Translations under genes and position numbers: made by a program
Part shown: piece by piece, positions 61,516-64,000 of the stretch
Layout of the letters: each line of letters begins with the position of its first letter
How positions within the stretch are numbered: position 1 is the first letter of the stretch
Assembly (NCBI GenBank): GCA_009782385.1
Contig: WRJE01000002.1
Coordinates: 2,663 to 66,662, forward strand
Length of the DNA stretch: 64,000 bases
Origin: Oscillospiraceae bacterium
GTDB lineage: Bacteria; Bacillota; Clostridia; Oscillospirales; UBA929
Direction: 5' to 3'
Notes under the pieces: generated by a model
What the model saw: the letters and a program-made list of their open reading frames with translations, nothing else
Told to the model about the DNA's origin: nothing
The model's database searches: none

Positions 61516-62379
61516 ATGAAAATAAAAACAAATAAACGGGCAAAAGCAAAGTCGATTCTTGCGCGGACATTGATTTACATTGAGCTAATAATTGCGGTGA
61601 TAATTGTTTTATACCCGATTTTATGGATTATCGGCTCGTCTTTTGACCCTATAAACAACTTCGGAAGAACGGGTATATTTCCCAAAAATGTGACATTAAA
61701 CAATTATTTCAGATTGTTCCAAAAATACGATTATTCCAAATGGTATCTTAACACCGCATATTTGGCGGTTATGACTATGCTTTTTTCGGTCTTTGTCAAT
61801 ACTATAACAGCGTTTGTTTTTGCGCGTTTTAATTTCAAGGGTAAAAAAGCCGGAATGTTATCCGCTACAATCTTACAAATGTTCCCTAGTTTTATGGCTC
61901 TTACCGCCCTTTATATGATTGCCTTGAACTTCGGTATGCTCGACAACTTAAATATGCTTGTAATTATTTACGTGGCCGGCTCAATTCCCATTAATATTTG
62001 GCTTGTAAAAGGAAATATGCAAAATCTGCCAAAATCCATTGATGAAGCCGCGTATATTGACGGCGCGTCGAAACTTCAGGTTTTACTAAAGATAATATTT
62101 CCGCTATCGTTTCCCATTATAACATTCATAGCTTTTATGTCCTTCATGACACCATGGATGGATTATATGCTACAGCGCTTCTTAATAAATAGCAGCGATA
62201 AAAGAACTCTTGCTCTCGGGATGTTTGAATTATCAGACCATAATACGGCAACACCGTCTGATTTTACCGCCTTCAGTGCCGGAGCGGTGCTAATTGCCGC
62301 ACCCATTACAATTCTGTATATAGTTTTTCAAAAGTATCTGATTACGGGTATCGCCTCCGGCACGAACAAGGGTGAATAA
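61516..62379 (+). CDS. ABC sugar transporter permease (MalG-like)
   Basis: It is polytopic, with the EAA loop DEAAYIDGASKLQVLLKIIFP. Confidence 0.8.
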   Translation: MKIKTNKRAKAKSILARTLIYIELIIAVIIVLYPILWIIGSSFDPINNFGRTGIFPKNVTLNNYFRLFQKYDYSKWYLNTAYLAVMTMLFSVFVNTITAFVFARFNFKGKKAGMLSATILQMFPSFMALTALYMIALNFGMLDNLNMLVIIYVAGSIPINIWLVKGNMQNLPKSIDEAAYIDGASKLQVLLKIIFPLSFPIITFIAFMSFMTPWMDYMLQRFLINSSDKRTLALGMFELSDHNTATPSDFTAFSAGAVLIAAPITILYIVFQKYLITGIASGTNKGE

Positions 62380-63107
62380 TGAACCGTAAGGACTATCTTT
62401 ATACAGCGGTGTTATGGTTGGGGAAACCGTATCCCTTTATTAAGTCGGCCGTTGGCATGAAAAAGAGATACGCATTTATCCACTTCTTGCTCATTTTTTG
62501 CCTGCTGTTTATCCCGATATTTATTTTAGTGTTGAGGACGCAGCCCGATGAGCTGTATACGAGAATATTTTTTCAAGACTTTGAAAACGCGGTCATAGAA
62601 GATTATCAAACGGAACGCTATTCAAAGGAAGTGGTGACAAACGTTCGTCCTGTCATTTATGTGTTCAGTGATTTTGTGGTTTACGCCGACTCGAATATGG
62701 TTTTGTCCGCACCATCTGAGTTCTTTGACGAACTGCCGCATCCTTTTGGCGAAGTTTTCAGCATGATAGCGGTCTACAATATGTATATCCCGCAATTTCT
62801 ATTGCCATTGTTGATGATAGCCTTTTTTATCTTGCTTGTCTTGCAGCTCTTCTTTTATCTCATATCGGCGGCTTTTCTCGGAGTCGCTCGCTTAGCCTCA
62901 ACACGGTTTACATTTGGAGGGAGGGTAAAAACCGTAATTATGAGTTCGCTTTTTCCGGCTTTGTTATGTGCGGGAATCGGTTTCATTCTCCCGACCGTGC
63001 ATATCGTCTTGTTTCAGATGTTGAATTTGCTACTGCTGTTTTATCTGTCAAAAAAATATGATCGAAAAGAAAGAGAGTTGCTTTTATCAGAAGAAAATGA
63101 AGAATAA
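62379..63107 (+). CDS. Membrane protein, DUF1189-like (often found in maltodextrin operons)
   Basis: It has hydrophobic spans at both the N- and C-terminal ends, and its start overlaps the malG-like stop. The family assignment is from memory. Confidence 0.45.
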   Translation: MNRKDYLYTAVLWLGKPYPFIKSAVGMKKRYAFIHFLLIFCLLFIPIFILVLRTQPDELYTRIFFQDFENAVIEDYQTERYSKEVVTNVRPVIYVFSDFVVYADSNMVLSAPSEFFDELPHPFGEVFSMIAVYNMYIPQFLLPLLMIAFFILLVLQLFFYLISAAFLGVARLASTRFTFGGRVKTVIMSSLFPALLCAGIGFILPTVHIVLFQMLNLLLLFYLSKKYDRKERELLLSEENEE

Positions 63108-63127
63108 CAAACACAAGGAGAATAGAT

Positions 63128-63928
63128 ATGAAAATCAGTTTAGACAGATTTCCGGGAGGAAAATTAAAAGCACTTACAATGAGCTACGATGATGGAGTAC
63201 AACAAGACATCAGGTTAATCGAAATATTTAACCGATACGGAATCAAAGGGACTTTCCATATTAACGGCGGACTATTCGGTAAAGAGTCGTGGTCAAGGTT
63301 AAACGAAAATGAGATAAAAAAAGTATACGAGGGTCATGAAATATCCGCTCACGGATATACACATCTGGGGTTAAGCGAGATTTCCGATGAAGGCATAATA
63401 TCTGAGATTATGCGCGACAGGGAAAAGCTGGAAAAAATAACGGGTGAACCCATACGCGGAATGTCTTACGCATTTGGCTCAGTGAACAGCCATGTAGCAA
63501 AAATAGTGGGTATGCTTGGGATAGAATACGCCCGCGTGGTATCAACGACAGGCGAGTTCGGATTTCCCGATGATTTCTTGCAATGGCGCGGCACATGCCA
63601 CCATAATGACAATCTTCTTGAGTATGCTGACAAATTCTTGTCGCAGAATTGGCATCAGTTGATGTATGTGTGGGGACACAGCTATGAGTTTGACGGTGAT
63701 GATAACTGGGAACATATTGAAGAGTTTTGTAAAAAAATAGGCGGACAAGACGACATATGGTATGCCACGAATATCGAAATCTGCGACTATATAAAAGCAT
63801 TGCGCGGTTTGAAGTTTACTGTTAAGCAAGATGTTGTGTTGAATCAATCGGCAATTAATGTATGGATAACAGTCAACGGCAATCCCTTGGAAATCAAAGG
63901 CGGAAAGACGGTGCGGTTAGCGCAATAA
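63128..63928 (+). CDS. Polysaccharide deacetylase (CE4) family protein
   Basis: CE4 motifs are TMSYDDG, GTFHING and SAHGYTH. Confidence 0.7.
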   Translation: MKISLDRFPGGKLKALTMSYDDGVQQDIRLIEIFNRYGIKGTFHINGGLFGKESWSRLNENEIKKVYEGHEISAHGYTHLGLSEISDEGIISEIMRDREKLEKITGEPIRGMSYAFGSVNSHVAKIVGMLGIEYARVVSTTGEFGFPDDFLQWRGTCHHNDNLLEYADKFLSQNWHQLMYVWGHSYEFDGDDNWEHIEEFCKKIGGQDDIWYATNIEICDYIKALRGLKFTVKQDVVLNQSAINVWITVNGNPLEIKGGKTVRLAQ

Positions 63929-63948
63929 TAAAAGTGAGGTGCGTCAGA

Positions 63949-64000
63949 ATGAAAAATCAAGCTATACAAGATAAAATGCAGAATATGCTCGATGAAATCA
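63949..64000 (+). CDS. 5' end of an unidentified ORF that runs off the window
   Basis: An ATG follows GTGAGGTG, and MKNQAIQDKMQNMLDEI is open to the window end. Confidence 0.35.
   Translation, partial: MKNQAIQDKMQNMLDEI

Overview
This 64-kb window looks like it comes from an anaerobic, spore-forming Firmicute of the class Clostridia. That placement is an inference from gene content: an [FeFe]-hydrogenase, spoVA genes, an LPxTG protein and GGAGG ribosome-binding sites. All calls come from reading the sequence and recognising motifs from memory; no searches were run.

Layout, left to right:
- 2-2392: the 3' end of pnp, then a minus-strand yjbQ / DUF6485 / LigT-GrpB fusion operon.
- 2.6-11.8 kb: an electron-bifurcating-type HydABC [FeFe]-hydrogenase locus. 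It is preceded by a sensory-type hydrogenase paralogue and duplicated DRTGG / GHKL-ATPase / PHP regulator genes. An AT-rich nucleotidyltransferase gene interrupts it.
- 11.9-15.9 kb: an LPxTG surface protein, radical-SAM, GNAT and amidase genes.
- 15.9-23.5 kb: a divergent GH94 phosphorylase/phosphomutase and PIG-L/ROK sugar locus, followed by an orphan trpB.
- 23.5-28 kb: spoVAD-spoVAE, tadA, a MecA-like gene, an AraC/GyrI-like regulator, a 56-aa ferredoxin missing from the ORF track, and a C26 amidotransferase.
- 28-44.2 kb: a minus-strand signalling supercluster. It holds two Hpt-containing hybrid kinases (one of 1970 aa), a response regulator, an MCP, ComFB, a 756-aa cNMP-binding protein and FapA.
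- 44.3-48.2 kb: decayed mobile DNA. It holds a HARE-HTH/PD-(D/E)xK nuclease, a tRNA 3' fragment, a retropepsin-like gene, a DUF2786 gene with an in-frame stop, SRAP and a possible transposase stub.
- 48.3-55.7 kb: a compact nine-gene cluster of zinc-ribbon membrane proteins and paralogous lipoproteins. I regard this as the best candidate for an undescribed system.
- 55.7-64 kb: a LacI-controlled maltodextrin locus.

A family of GTAGGG...CCCTAC palindromic intergenic elements recurs at seven gene ends.
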